The translations under genes were made by a program, and so were the position numbers. From positions 1,472,001-1,536,000 of the forward strand of contig OZ244561.1 of assembly GCA_965217585.1 (NCBI GenBank): a DNA stretch of 64,000 nucleotides, written 5' to 3'. This DNA is from Candidatus Latescibacterota bacterium (GTDB lineage Bacteria > Latescibacterota > UBA2968 > UBA8231). Below are positions 46,334 to 55,486 of this stretch, one piece after another (position 1 is the stretch's first letter; each line of letters starts with the position of its first letter). The notes under the pieces were generated by a model, which saw only the letters and a list, made by a program, of their open reading frames with translations, had not been told where the DNA came from and ran no database searches.

Positions 46334-47977
46334 GTGGCTGCGGTTTTGTCTTTGTGGACGCTGCTCGTCGTGAGCAGCGCGGGATGCGGACCAGCGGACC
46401 CGGAGATCGGGCCGGCGTTTGTAGAGGTAGCACAGGAGGCGGGCATTGAATTCCACCATCAGAATGGGGCGAGCGGGCGCTACTACTACGTGGAAACCTA
46501 TGGGTCGGGCGCGGCCTTCCTCGACTACGACGGCGACGGCGACCAAGACCTCTATGCGGTCAACAGCGCACCACTGCCGGGTTTTGCCGCCGAGGGCGTC
46601 CCCACCAACGCGCTCTATCACAACCGGGGCGACGGCACCTTCGCGGATGCGACGGCGCAAACGAGGACGGGCCATCCGGGTTATGGCATGGGTAGCTGCG
46701 TCGGGGACATCGACAACGACGGGCACGTGGATCTGTACGTGACCAACTTCGGCCCCAACGTCCTGTATCGCAATCAGGGCGATGGCACCTTTGCCGATCA
46801 GACCGCCGACGCCGGGGTCGGCGATCCCCGCCTGAGCACTAGCGCGGCATTTGCCGACATCGACAACGACGGCGATCTGGACCTCTACGTGGCCAACAAC
46901 GTCGCCGTTGACCTAGCGCATGACGAAGGGTGTCGCCAAGGAGCGATCCCGGTCTATTGCGCCCCCACTCAGTACAAAGGAGAATCCGGTGTCCTTTTCC
47001 GCAACGATCGGGGCGGAAAGTTCGCCGATATTACCCGGCCAGCCGGCGTGTACAGCGAAGCTGGCCGCCAGTTGGGCGTAGTCTTTGGCGACTACGACGG
47101 CGACGGGGACGCGGACCTGTATGTGGCCAACGACATGAAGGCCAATTTCCTCTTCCGCAACGACGGCGCGGCGCGGTTCGCCGAAGTGGGATTGAGCGCG
47201 GGGGTGGCGCTCAGCGAGAGCGCTCGCCCCGAGGCCGGCATGGGCACGGACTTTGGCGACTGCGACCGAGATGGCGACTTGGATATTGTGGTCTGCAACT
47301 TCCAGTGGGAAAGCTGCCGCCTCTATCGCAACGAAGGCGACGGAGCATTTGCCGACCTGAGCTTTCCGTCGGGGTTGGGCGAGCCTACGCTTTCGACCTT
47401 GACCTTTGGCACGGATTTTCTCGACTACGACAACGACGGTGACCTAGACCTCTATCTGGCCAATGGCCACGTCCATCCAAAAGTGCAGGCATTCGACCAA
47501 GCCGCGTCCTATCCGCAGTCGGACCAGCTCTTTGCCAACGACGGGGCCGGGCGGTTTGCGCTGGTGCAGGCTACGACCCTGCGCGGAGTCGGCCGAGGCG
47601 CGGCGTTTGCCGACATCGACAACGACGGCGATCTGGATGCTTTTGTCTCCAATAACAACCAGCGAGCGTTTTTGCTGCGCAACGACCGCGGCCAGCGCAA
47701 CCACTGGATCGCATTTAAGACCGTCGGCCGGATCAGCAACCGGGACGGGATCGGGGCGGTGATCCGGGTGGTAAGCGGCGATTTGGTGCAGGTCGAGGAG
47801 GTGCGCAGCGGCAGCAGCTATCTTTCGCAAAACGATCTGCGGGTGTACTTCGGCTTGGGCCAGCGGGAACAGGTGGATCGCGTCCAGATCCGCTGGCCCA
47901 GCGGGATCGTGCAGACGCTCGTACAAGTGCCCATCGACCAGATCCACCAAGTGGAAGAACCTCCTTCCTCCGGCTGA
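46334..47977 (+). CDS. CRTAC1-family FG-GAP/ASPIC-UnbV lipoprotein
   Basis: SAGC lipobox; repeated DxDNDGDLDL; NRDGIGA..GSSYLSQND..FGLG. Confidence 0.9.
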   Translation: MAAVLSLWTLLVVSSAGCGPADPEIGPAFVEVAQEAGIEFHHQNGASGRYYYVETYGSGAAFLDYDGDGDQDLYAVNSAPLPGFAAEGVPTNALYHNRGDGTFADATAQTRTGHPGYGMGSCVGDIDNDGHVDLYVTNFGPNVLYRNQGDGTFADQTADAGVGDPRLSTSAAFADIDNDGDLDLYVANNVAVDLAHDEGCRQGAIPVYCAPTQYKGESGVLFRNDRGGKFADITRPAGVYSEAGRQLGVVFGDYDGDGDADLYVANDMKANFLFRNDGAARFAEVGLSAGVALSESARPEAGMGTDFGDCDRDGDLDIVVCNFQWESCRLYRNEGDGAFADLSFPSGLGEPTLSTLTFGTDFLDYDNDGDLDLYLANGHVHPKVQAFDQAASYPQSDQLFANDGAGRFALVQATTLRGVGRGAAFADIDNDGDLDAFVSNNNQRAFLLRNDRGQRNHWIAFKTVGRISNRDGIGAVIRVVSGDLVQVEEVRSGSSYLSQNDLRVYFGLGQREQVDRVQIRWPSGIVQTLVQVPIDQIHQVEEPPSSG

Positions 47978-47979
47978 GC

Positions 47980-49506
47980 ATGAGCAACCAGTGGAAAAGG
48001 ACCAGAACGCGCTGCTGGGCCGTTGCCTGCCTGCTAGCCTTGCTCTACGGATGCACGCCCGCCGAGGAAAGCCTAGGCGAGCGGGAGGTCCGCTATCAGC
48101 GCCAGACCGCGGAAGACCCGACAGACGCCGAGGCCCATCACGCGCTCGGCCAAGTGTACCACGAACAGGCGCGCTACCCCGAGGCCCTACAGTCCTTTCA
48201 CCAGGCCCAAGCGCTGGATCCCACCCACACCGGAGCGCAGGTGGGGATCGGCAACATCCTGTTTAAGAGAGGCGAATTAGATCGAGCCGCAAACGCGTAC
48301 CAACGGGCCGCGCAGGGATGTGCCGATTGTGCGGACGCGCACCGGGGGCTGGGGGCCGTCTATCTGCGGCAGCGGCGCTTTGCGGAAGCCCGCCAAGCCT
48401 ATCAGCAGGCGCTTTTAAGCGAGCCGGACCACGCCCCCTCGCACTACAATATCGGCGCGGCCTTCGCCCAAGAAGGCGCGTATCAAGAGGCGGCGGCGGC
48501 AATGGAACAGGCCATTGCCAGCGACTCTAAATACATCCTGGCGCATACCGCGCTAGGAGATGTATACTGCCTCAAGTTGGGGCAATGCGACAAGGCCGCC
48601 GCGCTCCTTGAGCAGGCCGTGACCTTGCAACCGACAGCGGTCGCCCCCCGGATCGGCTTGGGGCGGGCACACCTCCGCTTGGGGAGGTACGAGGAGGCTG
48701 CGGCGAGCTTTGAGGCGGCCATTGCCGCGGATTCGACGGCGGCAGCGGCATTTAACTGGCTAGGGGTAGCCCGCACTAAGCTGGGGCAATACGAGCCGGC
48801 GGCCCAAGCTCTGCGCCGCGCCATTCACTTGGATATGCTCTATCCCCAAGCCTATTACAACCTATCCCAGACCTACCAGAAACAAGGCAAGGCCAAGGAG
48901 AGCGAAGCGGCTTTGCGCGCCTTCAACCGCATTGACGCGTACTCTGGGGATATTCTCCGGTGGAAAACAATACTGGACGGCAATCCGCACGATGCTATGG
49001 CGCTCTTTGAACTGGGCCGGATCTATGCGAGACTGGGCGTAGCAAGCGAAGCGGCCGCAGCCTTCCAGCGCGCGCTGACGATCAACCCCACCCATGCACC
49101 GGCCTGGCACAATCTGGGCAATGCCTACGCTCGCCTCGACCGCTTGGACGAGGCCATCGCCGCCTTCCGTCAGGCGCTGGCGCTGGACGAAGGGTACGCC
49201 CTCGCTTGGTACAATCTCGGCAACGCCCATTTTGCAAAAGGGGAACTGGCGCAAGCCCGCAAGGCATTCACTGCGGCGCTCGATCACCGGGCAGGGTACG
49301 CGGACGCCTACCACGGCCTCGGAGGGGTGGCGCTACGCTCAGGAGCGGCCGAGGAGGCGGTGGGCCACTTTCGCACGGTCCTAGCGGCGGACTCAAGCTA
49401 TGCCCGCGCCCATTACGGCTTGGCCTTGGCCTACCGGGCACTCGGCGACTCGCTGCGCGCCGCGCAGGCCCTGGCGCGCTTCAAAAGGTTGCGCGGTGGA
49501 CCGTAA
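47980..49506 (+). CDS. Tetratricopeptide-repeat lipoprotein
   Basis: LYGC lipobox; about 12 TPR units (AWHNLGNAY, AYYNLS, AFNWLG). Confidence 0.9.
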   Translation: MSNQWKRTRTRCWAVACLLALLYGCTPAEESLGEREVRYQRQTAEDPTDAEAHHALGQVYHEQARYPEALQSFHQAQALDPTHTGAQVGIGNILFKRGELDRAANAYQRAAQGCADCADAHRGLGAVYLRQRRFAEARQAYQQALLSEPDHAPSHYNIGAAFAQEGAYQEAAAAMEQAIASDSKYILAHTALGDVYCLKLGQCDKAAALLEQAVTLQPTAVAPRIGLGRAHLRLGRYEEAAASFEAAIAADSTAAAAFNWLGVARTKLGQYEPAAQALRRAIHLDMLYPQAYYNLSQTYQKQGKAKESEAALRAFNRIDAYSGDILRWKTILDGNPHDAMALFELGRIYARLGVASEAAAAFQRALTINPTHAPAWHNLGNAYARLDRLDEAIAAFRQALALDEGYALAWYNLGNAHFAKGELAQARKAFTAALDHRAGYADAYHGLGGVALRSGAAEEAVGHFRTVLAADSSYARAHYGLALAYRALGDSLRAAQALARFKRLRGGP

Positions 49507-49507
49507 C

Positions 49508-51673
49508 ATGCGGTCTATGCTGGGCTTGGCCCTCGTCGCGTTGTCTTGCGCCACAGAGCCGCCGGTACCCTACCAAGCCCCTGGCACGAAGCGCATGGCT
49601 GCCCGCTTGGCGGAGATCGAGCAGAATTTGAACCCCACCATCAATACCTATATCAATGCGGCGCGGGTAGAATACCTCAAGACCTTGCCGCAGCCGCCCG
49701 ATACCGCCGGCCACCTGCGCGCCAGGGCCTATCTGGCGCGGGAGTTATTGCGCGCCGGCCAGAGCCAAGCCGCCATCGCCGAGTTTGAAAAGCTCCAGCC
49801 GCAGCTACAACAAGTCGATCTCAGACTTACCCCGGACGTGCGCGTCCTGCTGGGGCTGTCCTATATGCGCCTCGGGGAGCAGGAAAACTGTCTCGCTCGG
49901 CATGCGACGGCCTCGTGTCTTTTGCCGATTAGTGGCGACGGAATCCACACCATTGTGCGGGGATCGCGGGCGGCATTGGCGGAATTCGCCGCGTATCTGG
50001 AGGATCACCCAGACGACCTCACCGTTCGCTGGCTTTTGAATATTGCCTATATGACCTTGGGCATGTATCCCGAGCAGGTGCCAGCACAGTGGCTCGTCCC
50101 GCCCGAGGTTTTTGCCTCCAACTACGATATTAAGCGCTTTGCCGATGTGGCACCGGCGCTGGGCCTAGATTTGGTCTCCATGGCCGGCGGCAGCATCATG
50201 GACGACTTCGACGGCGATGGCCATCTAGATATTATGGCCTCGTCTTGGGGCCTCAGCGACCAACTCCGCTATTTTGCCAACCTCGGCGATGGGTCCTTTG
50301 CCGAACGGACCGCGGCGGCCGGCCTGACCGGGATCGGCGGCGGATTGCAGATTGTACACGCCGACTACGACAACAACGGCTATGCGGACGTGTTGGTTTT
50401 GCGCGGGGGCTGGTGGGAAGACGACGGCCTGCATCCCAACTCGCTATTGCACAACAACGGCAATGGGACCTTTGCCGACGCCACCGAGCAGGTCGGCCTG
50501 CTCACCTTCCACCCGACGCAGACAGCCGCCTGGGGCGACTACGACAACGACGGCTGGCTGGACCTTTTCGTTGGCAACGAGTCGTATGGAGGCCGGATCC
50601 ATCGGTGTGAACTTTTCCACAGCAACGGGCAGGCAAAGGATTTGCAGTTTGCCGAGGTGGGCGAGGCAACCGGGGTCGCCGTCGTCGGCTATGTAAAAGG
50701 GGCCGCTTGGGGCGATTACGACAACGACGGCCTAATTGACCTCTACGTCTCGCGGCTCACTGGCACCAATTTCCTCTTTGCCAACGACGGTGCCAACGAG
50801 TTCGGCGGGTGGACCTTCACCGACAAGAGCAAGGAAGCAGGCGTTACCGAACCACTAGGCAGCTTCCCGGCTTGGTTCTGGGACTACGACAACGACGGCT
50901 GGCTGGACATTTTCGTCTCGGGGTACCACTACGAGGCCAACGCCGGCGATGTGGCCGCCGACTATCTGGGGCTGGCGACCGCGGCCGAGCGTCCCCGCCT
51001 GTACCGCAACAACGGCGACGGGACTTTTGCCGAGCGCAGCGCGGAAGCGGGCGTTGACAAGGTGCTCTATACGATGGGTTGCGATTTCGGCGACCTCGAC
51101 AACGACGGTTGGCTGGATTTTTATGCTGGCACGGGGTCGCCTTCGCTGCGCTCGGTCATGCCCAACCGCATGTTCCGCAATGCCGATGGACACTTCTTCG
51201 AGGACGTTACCACCTCCGGCGGCTTCGGCCATCTGCAAAAAGGGCACGGCGTGGCCTTTGGCGACTACGACAACGATGGCGACCAAGATATCTATGCGGT
51301 CATGGGCGGGGCCTATACCGGGGACGTGTTCCAGAATGTCCTCTTTGAAAATCCCGGGCACGGCAATCACTGGATCACGCTCCTGTTGGAAGGGGTACAA
51401 TCCAATCGCGCCGCCTTAGGAGCGCACATCAGGATACAGGTCTCGACCGCGGAGGGGCCGAGGAACATCTACGCCACCGTCGGCACGGGTGCCAGCTTCG
51501 GGGGATCGAGTCTGCAACAGGAGATCGGCCTGGGACAGGCCACGACCATCGAGGTCGTCGAAGTTACTTGGCCGGCCACGGGCGCGCGGCAACTGTTTAC
51601 CAGCCTCGAAATGGATCAGTACTACAGCATCCGCGAAGGCGACCGGACGCCGGTCCAGCTCGACCGCCGCTAG
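49508..51673 (+). CDS. CRTAC1-family FG-GAP/ASPIC-UnbV lipoprotein with helical N-terminal domain
   Basis: Start reassigned to ATG 49508 (alternative GTG 49496); ALSC lipobox; GEQENC..SCLLPI; DYDNDGWLD repeats; GFGHLQKGHG; SSLQQEIGLG. Confidence 0.88.
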   Translation: MRSMLGLALVALSCATEPPVPYQAPGTKRMAARLAEIEQNLNPTINTYINAARVEYLKTLPQPPDTAGHLRARAYLARELLRAGQSQAAIAEFEKLQPQLQQVDLRLTPDVRVLLGLSYMRLGEQENCLARHATASCLLPISGDGIHTIVRGSRAALAEFAAYLEDHPDDLTVRWLLNIAYMTLGMYPEQVPAQWLVPPEVFASNYDIKRFADVAPALGLDLVSMAGGSIMDDFDGDGHLDIMASSWGLSDQLRYFANLGDGSFAERTAAAGLTGIGGGLQIVHADYDNNGYADVLVLRGGWWEDDGLHPNSLLHNNGNGTFADATEQVGLLTFHPTQTAAWGDYDNDGWLDLFVGNESYGGRIHRCELFHSNGQAKDLQFAEVGEATGVAVVGYVKGAAWGDYDNDGLIDLYVSRLTGTNFLFANDGANEFGGWTFTDKSKEAGVTEPLGSFPAWFWDYDNDGWLDIFVSGYHYEANAGDVAADYLGLATAAERPRLYRNNGDGTFAERSAEAGVDKVLYTMGCDFGDLDNDGWLDFYAGTGSPSLRSVMPNRMFRNADGHFFEDVTTSGGFGHLQKGHGVAFGDYDNDGDQDIYAVMGGAYTGDVFQNVLFENPGHGNHWITLLLEGVQSNRAALGAHIRIQVSTAEGPRNIYATVGTGASFGGSSLQQEIGLGQATTIEVVEVTWPATGARQLFTSLEMDQYYSIREGDRTPVQLDRR

Positions 51674-51679
51674 CCATGC

Positions 51680-51766
51680 ATTCTGCGGTGAAAGACCGTG
51701 CTAGACAGCGACTCGCACGACGCAGCCATCCCTTTTGAGCTAGGCCGCATCTATGCCAAACTAGGA
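51680..51766 (+). pseudogene. Degenerate fragment of a TPR gene
   Basis: Reads ILR*KTVLDSDSHDAAIPFELGRIYAKLG, versus ILRWKTILDGNPHDAMALFELGRIYARLG at 48952-49038; TGG has become TGA. Confidence 0.7.
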
Positions 51767-51786
51767 ACAGCGGCCGCCGAGAAATT

Positions 51787-53262
51787 TCACCGCCTCCAGT
51801 CCTTCTCCAGCCGGCTGGCCTGTTTCTTAGACAGCCCACCCAACGCCTTCATAGCATCTAACAGCCGCATCCGCGTCAATTCTGGCCCCAAGAGCGCGGC
51901 GGATTCAAAGAGCGGCGGCCCCACCCGCTCGCCAGTCAGCGCGGCAATGAGCGGTACGGTCACGTCGCGGACCGGCCACTCCCAATGCGCGACTACCCGG
52001 CGCACGGCCTCGGCCACGCCGTCTTTATCCCACTCCACCACCTCGTCCAAAGCCCACACGGCTGTTTGCAACATCCGCGCTATCTCGGCCGCCTCCCGCT
52101 TCTTCGGAATCAAATCCTCGGCTTTTGGCTCCACTTGCCGGGCGAAGAAAAACGCCACGCGCGGCACAAAATCTCCTAGCGTCTCTAGCCGCTGCTGCAT
52201 AAAGGGTAGCATCTGCCCTACGTATTCGTCGTTGAGCAGCCAGCCTTTTAGCTCCGCCAACAGAGCCTCCGGCGTCCGATCCTCGCGCAAATAGCGTCCA
52301 TTGAGCCAGCCCAGCTTGTCTATATCAAAGATGGAGCCGCCCAAGTTGATCTTCGCCGGGTCGAAATGCTCTGTTAATTGCTCCAAGGTGAACTTTTCTT
52401 CCCCGACCGGCGGATAGGCCATGAGCGCCAAGTAGTTGAGCAGGGCCTGCGGCACATAGCCGGCGCGGCGATAGTACTCCACCGAGGTCGGATTCCGCCG
52501 CTTCGACATCTTGGAGCCGTCCGGATTGAGCAGCAACGGCAGGTGCATGTACGTCGGCGGCGTCCAGCCAAAAGCCTCGTAGAGCATGAGGTGCTTGGGC
52601 GTGGAGGTGATCCACTCCTCCCCCCGAATCACATGACTGATCCGCATCAAGTGATCGTCCACCACCACGGCCAAGTGGTAGGTTGGAAAGCCATCGGACT
52701 TCATCAGCACTTGGTCGTCTATATTCCCCCACTGTAGGGAAATTGGCCCCCGGAGCATGTCCTCGACTACACATACTCCCTCCTTCGGCATTTCCAGCCG
52801 AATCACGTGCGCACATCCCGCCCGTATCTTGGCTTCGACCTCGCTGGCAGCCAGCGCCCGGCAATGTCCATCGTAGCCGATACGCTCCTTGCGCTCCTGC
52901 TGCTCCGCCCGCAGCGCGGCCAGCCGTTCGCTCGTGCAAAAGCAGGGATAGGCATGCCCGCTGGCCACCAACTTCGCGGCGTACTCCGCGTAGATGGACA
53001 AGCGCTCGCTCTGCCGATACGGGCCGTAAGGGCCGCCCACATCGGGGCCCTCGTCCCACTCCAGCCCCAGCCACCACAGAGACTGCATGAGCTGATCTTC
53101 GTACTTTTTTTCCGACCGCGCTTGGTCGGTATCCTCAATGCGCAGCACAAACTGCCCTTCGTTTTTCTGCGCCCACACCCAGTCGAACAGCGCTTGGTAC
53201 GCGGTCCCTACATGCATAGGGCCGGTCGGCGAAGGTGCAATGCGCACCCGCACGTCTGTCAT
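51787..53262 (-). CDS. gltX: Glutamate--tRNA ligase
   Basis: RIAPSPTG, HVGT (HIGH motif), LRIEDTD, YRQSER, HVIRGEEW, KMSKR. Confidence 0.97.
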   Translation of the reverse strand: MTDVRVRIAPSPTGPMHVGTAYQALFDWVWAQKNEGQFVLRIEDTDQARSEKKYEDQLMQSLWWLGLEWDEGPDVGGPYGPYRQSERLSIYAEYAAKLVASGHAYPCFCTSERLAALRAEQQERKERIGYDGHCRALAASEVEAKIRAGCAHVIRLEMPKEGVCVVEDMLRGPISLQWGNIDDQVLMKSDGFPTYHLAVVVDDHLMRISHVIRGEEWITSTPKHLMLYEAFGWTPPTYMHLPLLLNPDGSKMSKRRNPTSVEYYRRAGYVPQALLNYLALMAYPPVGEEKFTLEQLTEHFDPAKINLGGSIFDIDKLGWLNGRYLREDRTPEALLAELKGWLLNDEYVGQMLPFMQQRLETLGDFVPRVAFFFARQVEPKAEDLIPKKREAAEIARMLQTAVWALDEVVEWDKDGVAEAVRRVVAHWEWPVRDVTVPLIAALTGERVGPPLFESAALLGPELTRMRLLDAMKALGGLSKKQASRLEKDWRR

Positions 53263-53437
53263 CTTTTAGCTCCTCGTCTTTTGGGTTACAAACTAAGCCC
53301 CAGCCACTCCCGCGCAACGCGGCCTATTGCACATTTAGCTTTTTTGCCTAAGTTTATAACTTATAACAATTAACGCACATTCGCTGGTATCCCGCCGCAC
53401 GCACTCCCCGCCCCTTCAACCCAACAGACAAGGATTT

Positions 53438-54637
53438 ATGCTGTTTACCGAGCTTAATCTAGCGCCCTACATCCTCAGAGCACTCGACGAGATGGGCTAC
53501 GAAAAAATGACGCCCATCCAAGAACAAACCATTCCCCACATTATCGCCGGCAAAGACGTCATGGGCTTGGCTGAAACCGGCTCTGGCAAGACCGGTGCCT
53601 GTGCCATTCCTATAATCCAAGCCACCGACGAGTCGCTCAACGCCATCCAAGCCCTCATCTTGGTCCCCACCCGCGAGCTGGCGCTCCAATACGTCCAAGA
53701 GGTGGACGAAATCGCCAAGCACTCAGGCGTGGTGCCGTTTGCCATCTACGGCGGCTTTGACATGGACATCCAAAAGGCCAAGATCAACCACGGCGTCCAC
53801 GTCCTCGTGGCCACGCCCGGCCGCCTCATCGACTTTATATGGAACCACAGCCTCGACCTGACCGAAGTTAAAACCGTGGTCCTCGACGAGGCCGACGAGA
53901 TGCTCAAGATGGGCTTTATCGAAGACGTGGACTTTATCATGGCCTGCATCATGCAGGAATACCAAACCCTGCTTTTTTCCGCGACCATGCCCTCGGAGAT
54001 AGAGCGGCTAACCCAACAATACCTCAAATCGCCCGAGCGCGTTCATCTCAACCGCGACCAGCGGGCACCCCAATCGCTCGCCCATCACTTCCTCCACGTC
54101 TCCCGCCACCGCAGGGACGCGCTCATCGATTACATCGATGACCACGAGATCCAGCAGGGCATCATATTCTGCAACTCGCGTGACAAAGCATCCGATTTGT
54201 TCCGCGACCTACAAAGGCGCGTCCGCTCGGTTGACATCATCCACGGCGGGCTAGACCAAGAGCGGCGCACCTCCATCTTCCGCCGTTTCCGCCAGAAGAA
54301 GATCCGCTTTATGGTCGCCACGGACGTGGCCGGGCGCGGCCTCGATTTTTCGCACGTCACCCACGTCATCAACTACGATTTCCCCTTTAACGCCGAAATC
54401 TACACCCACCGCACGGGCCGGGCCGGGCGCATGGGCCGGGAGGGCAAGGCCCTGACCTTGGTCGGAGACCGCGACCTCCGCGACCTCAAGCGCCTGCTCA
54501 ACGCCAACCGCATCCACGCGCATTGGGAAGGCACTGCGCCCGATTTGGACGACATCCGCGCCAAACGCAATGGCCAAGGACGCGGGCGCGGCCGGAGACG
54601 ACCCCGAGGCGGCAGATCCTCCTCCAAAACCAGTTAG
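53438..54637 (+). CDS. DEAD-box RNA helicase
   Basis: Q motif TPIQ, AETGSGKT, PTRELA, TPGR, DEAD, SAT, HRTGRAGR; Arg/Gly-rich tail. Confidence 0.97.
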   Translation: MLFTELNLAPYILRALDEMGYEKMTPIQEQTIPHIIAGKDVMGLAETGSGKTGACAIPIIQATDESLNAIQALILVPTRELALQYVQEVDEIAKHSGVVPFAIYGGFDMDIQKAKINHGVHVLVATPGRLIDFIWNHSLDLTEVKTVVLDEADEMLKMGFIEDVDFIMACIMQEYQTLLFSATMPSEIERLTQQYLKSPERVHLNRDQRAPQSLAHHFLHVSRHRRDALIDYIDDHEIQQGIIFCNSRDKASDLFRDLQRRVRSVDIIHGGLDQERRTSIFRRFRQKKIRFMVATDVAGRGLDFSHVTHVINYDFPFNAEIYTHRTGRAGRMGREGKALTLVGDRDLRDLKRLLNANRIHAHWEGTAPDLDDIRAKRNGQGRGRGRRRPRGGRSSSKTS

Positions 54638-54679
54638 GCGCTCCTCGCAACTCAGCCCAGCTATCTATGGGCCGTTTAC

Positions 54680-55465
54680 TCACGGCGCATCCGGTGAACT
54701 GGCTTTTTCCAATTCGGGCAGCAGCACGTATTTGACCCAACCAAAACCCGGATTGATTTCAAGCGCTTTTTCAAAGGCTGCTCGCGCCAGTTCCAGTTCA
54801 CCTCGGTCCTGGTAAGCGATGCCGAGCCAAGCGTACGTGCGGCTGTGTCCCCATACAGGTTGGATGGGGTCGGTCGGCTCTTCTTGGGCAAAGAGTTCGG
54901 CGGCGCGCTGGAATCCTTGCAGACCCTTTTCCTTGCTTCCACCGAACATTTTGGGGGTATTAAAGTCGCTGATGGCCGCGCTCAGCACCACGCGCGGATT
55001 GTTGGGTGCGATCTGCATGGCTTTTTTTACGGCCTTCCCTACTCTGGGCCCCAAGACCATGCTCTTGACCGGGTTGAGGCCGATCTGTCGTCCGTACGCG
55101 CTCGACAGCAGAGCATAGGCTTCGGCGGCTTGAGGATCGAGCCGGGTGGCCTCTTTCAAATGCTCGACAGCGATTTTAAGATGCTCAGAAGCCGCGTCTT
55201 CGTTTTTCTCGCCTGCGGCTAATAGGAGATCGACGATGCGGTAATCGGCCAAAGCGATGTAGTAGTGGCTCCACGCGGCTAAGCTGGTATCGGCCAAGGT
55301 GCGCTCGAATGTGGCCCTCGACATGTACATCGCGTCGAGGTCGCTCGCATTTTCACCGGCTTGCAGCATCTGTTTTCCACTGACGAGAAGACTATCGGCC
55401 GATTGGGCGAAGGCGGGATAGGCGATCGAGAAAATGAAAACGAGTGAGAGCAGAAAGCGCAGCAT
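54680..55465 (-). CDS. Secreted TPR-like protein
   Basis: Signal peptide AFA|Q; AYALLSSAYG, PNNPRV, TPKMFGG, PVWG. Paralogous to the C-terminal half of 57740..59428. Confidence 0.8.
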   Translation of the reverse strand: MLRFLLSLVFIFSIAYPAFAQSADSLLVSGKQMLQAGENASDLDAMYMSRATFERTLADTSLAAWSHYYIALADYRIVDLLLAAGEKNEDAASEHLKIAVEHLKEATRLDPQAAEAYALLSSAYGRQIGLNPVKSMVLGPRVGKAVKKAMQIAPNNPRVVLSAAISDFNTPKMFGGSKEKGLQGFQRAAELFAQEEPTDPIQPVWGHSRTYAWLGIAYQDRGELELARAAFEKALEINPGFGWVKYVLLPELEKASSPDAP

Positions 55466-55486
55466 AAGTGGCTCCTTTGGTTAAGG

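Noticed and set aside
3943-51673. Recurring GACAACGACGGC-type DNA repeats as a CRISPR or tandem array
   Set aside because: They encode FG-GAP DxDNDG motifs inside CDSs; no regular repeat-spacer structure and no cas genes.
51689-51691. In-frame TGA as evidence of recoding (Trp or Sec)
   Set aside because: TGA is used as a normal stop throughout the window and the fragment has no start or continuation; a nonsense mutation is simpler.
51698-52294. 198-aa plus-strand ORF
   Set aside because: Only the first ~23 codons are TPR relic; the rest is antisense to gltX.
53327-53372. Promoter or operator (TTATAAC tandem) between gltX and the helicase
   Set aside because: AT-rich and probably regulatory, but no unambiguous -35/-10 pairing could be assigned.
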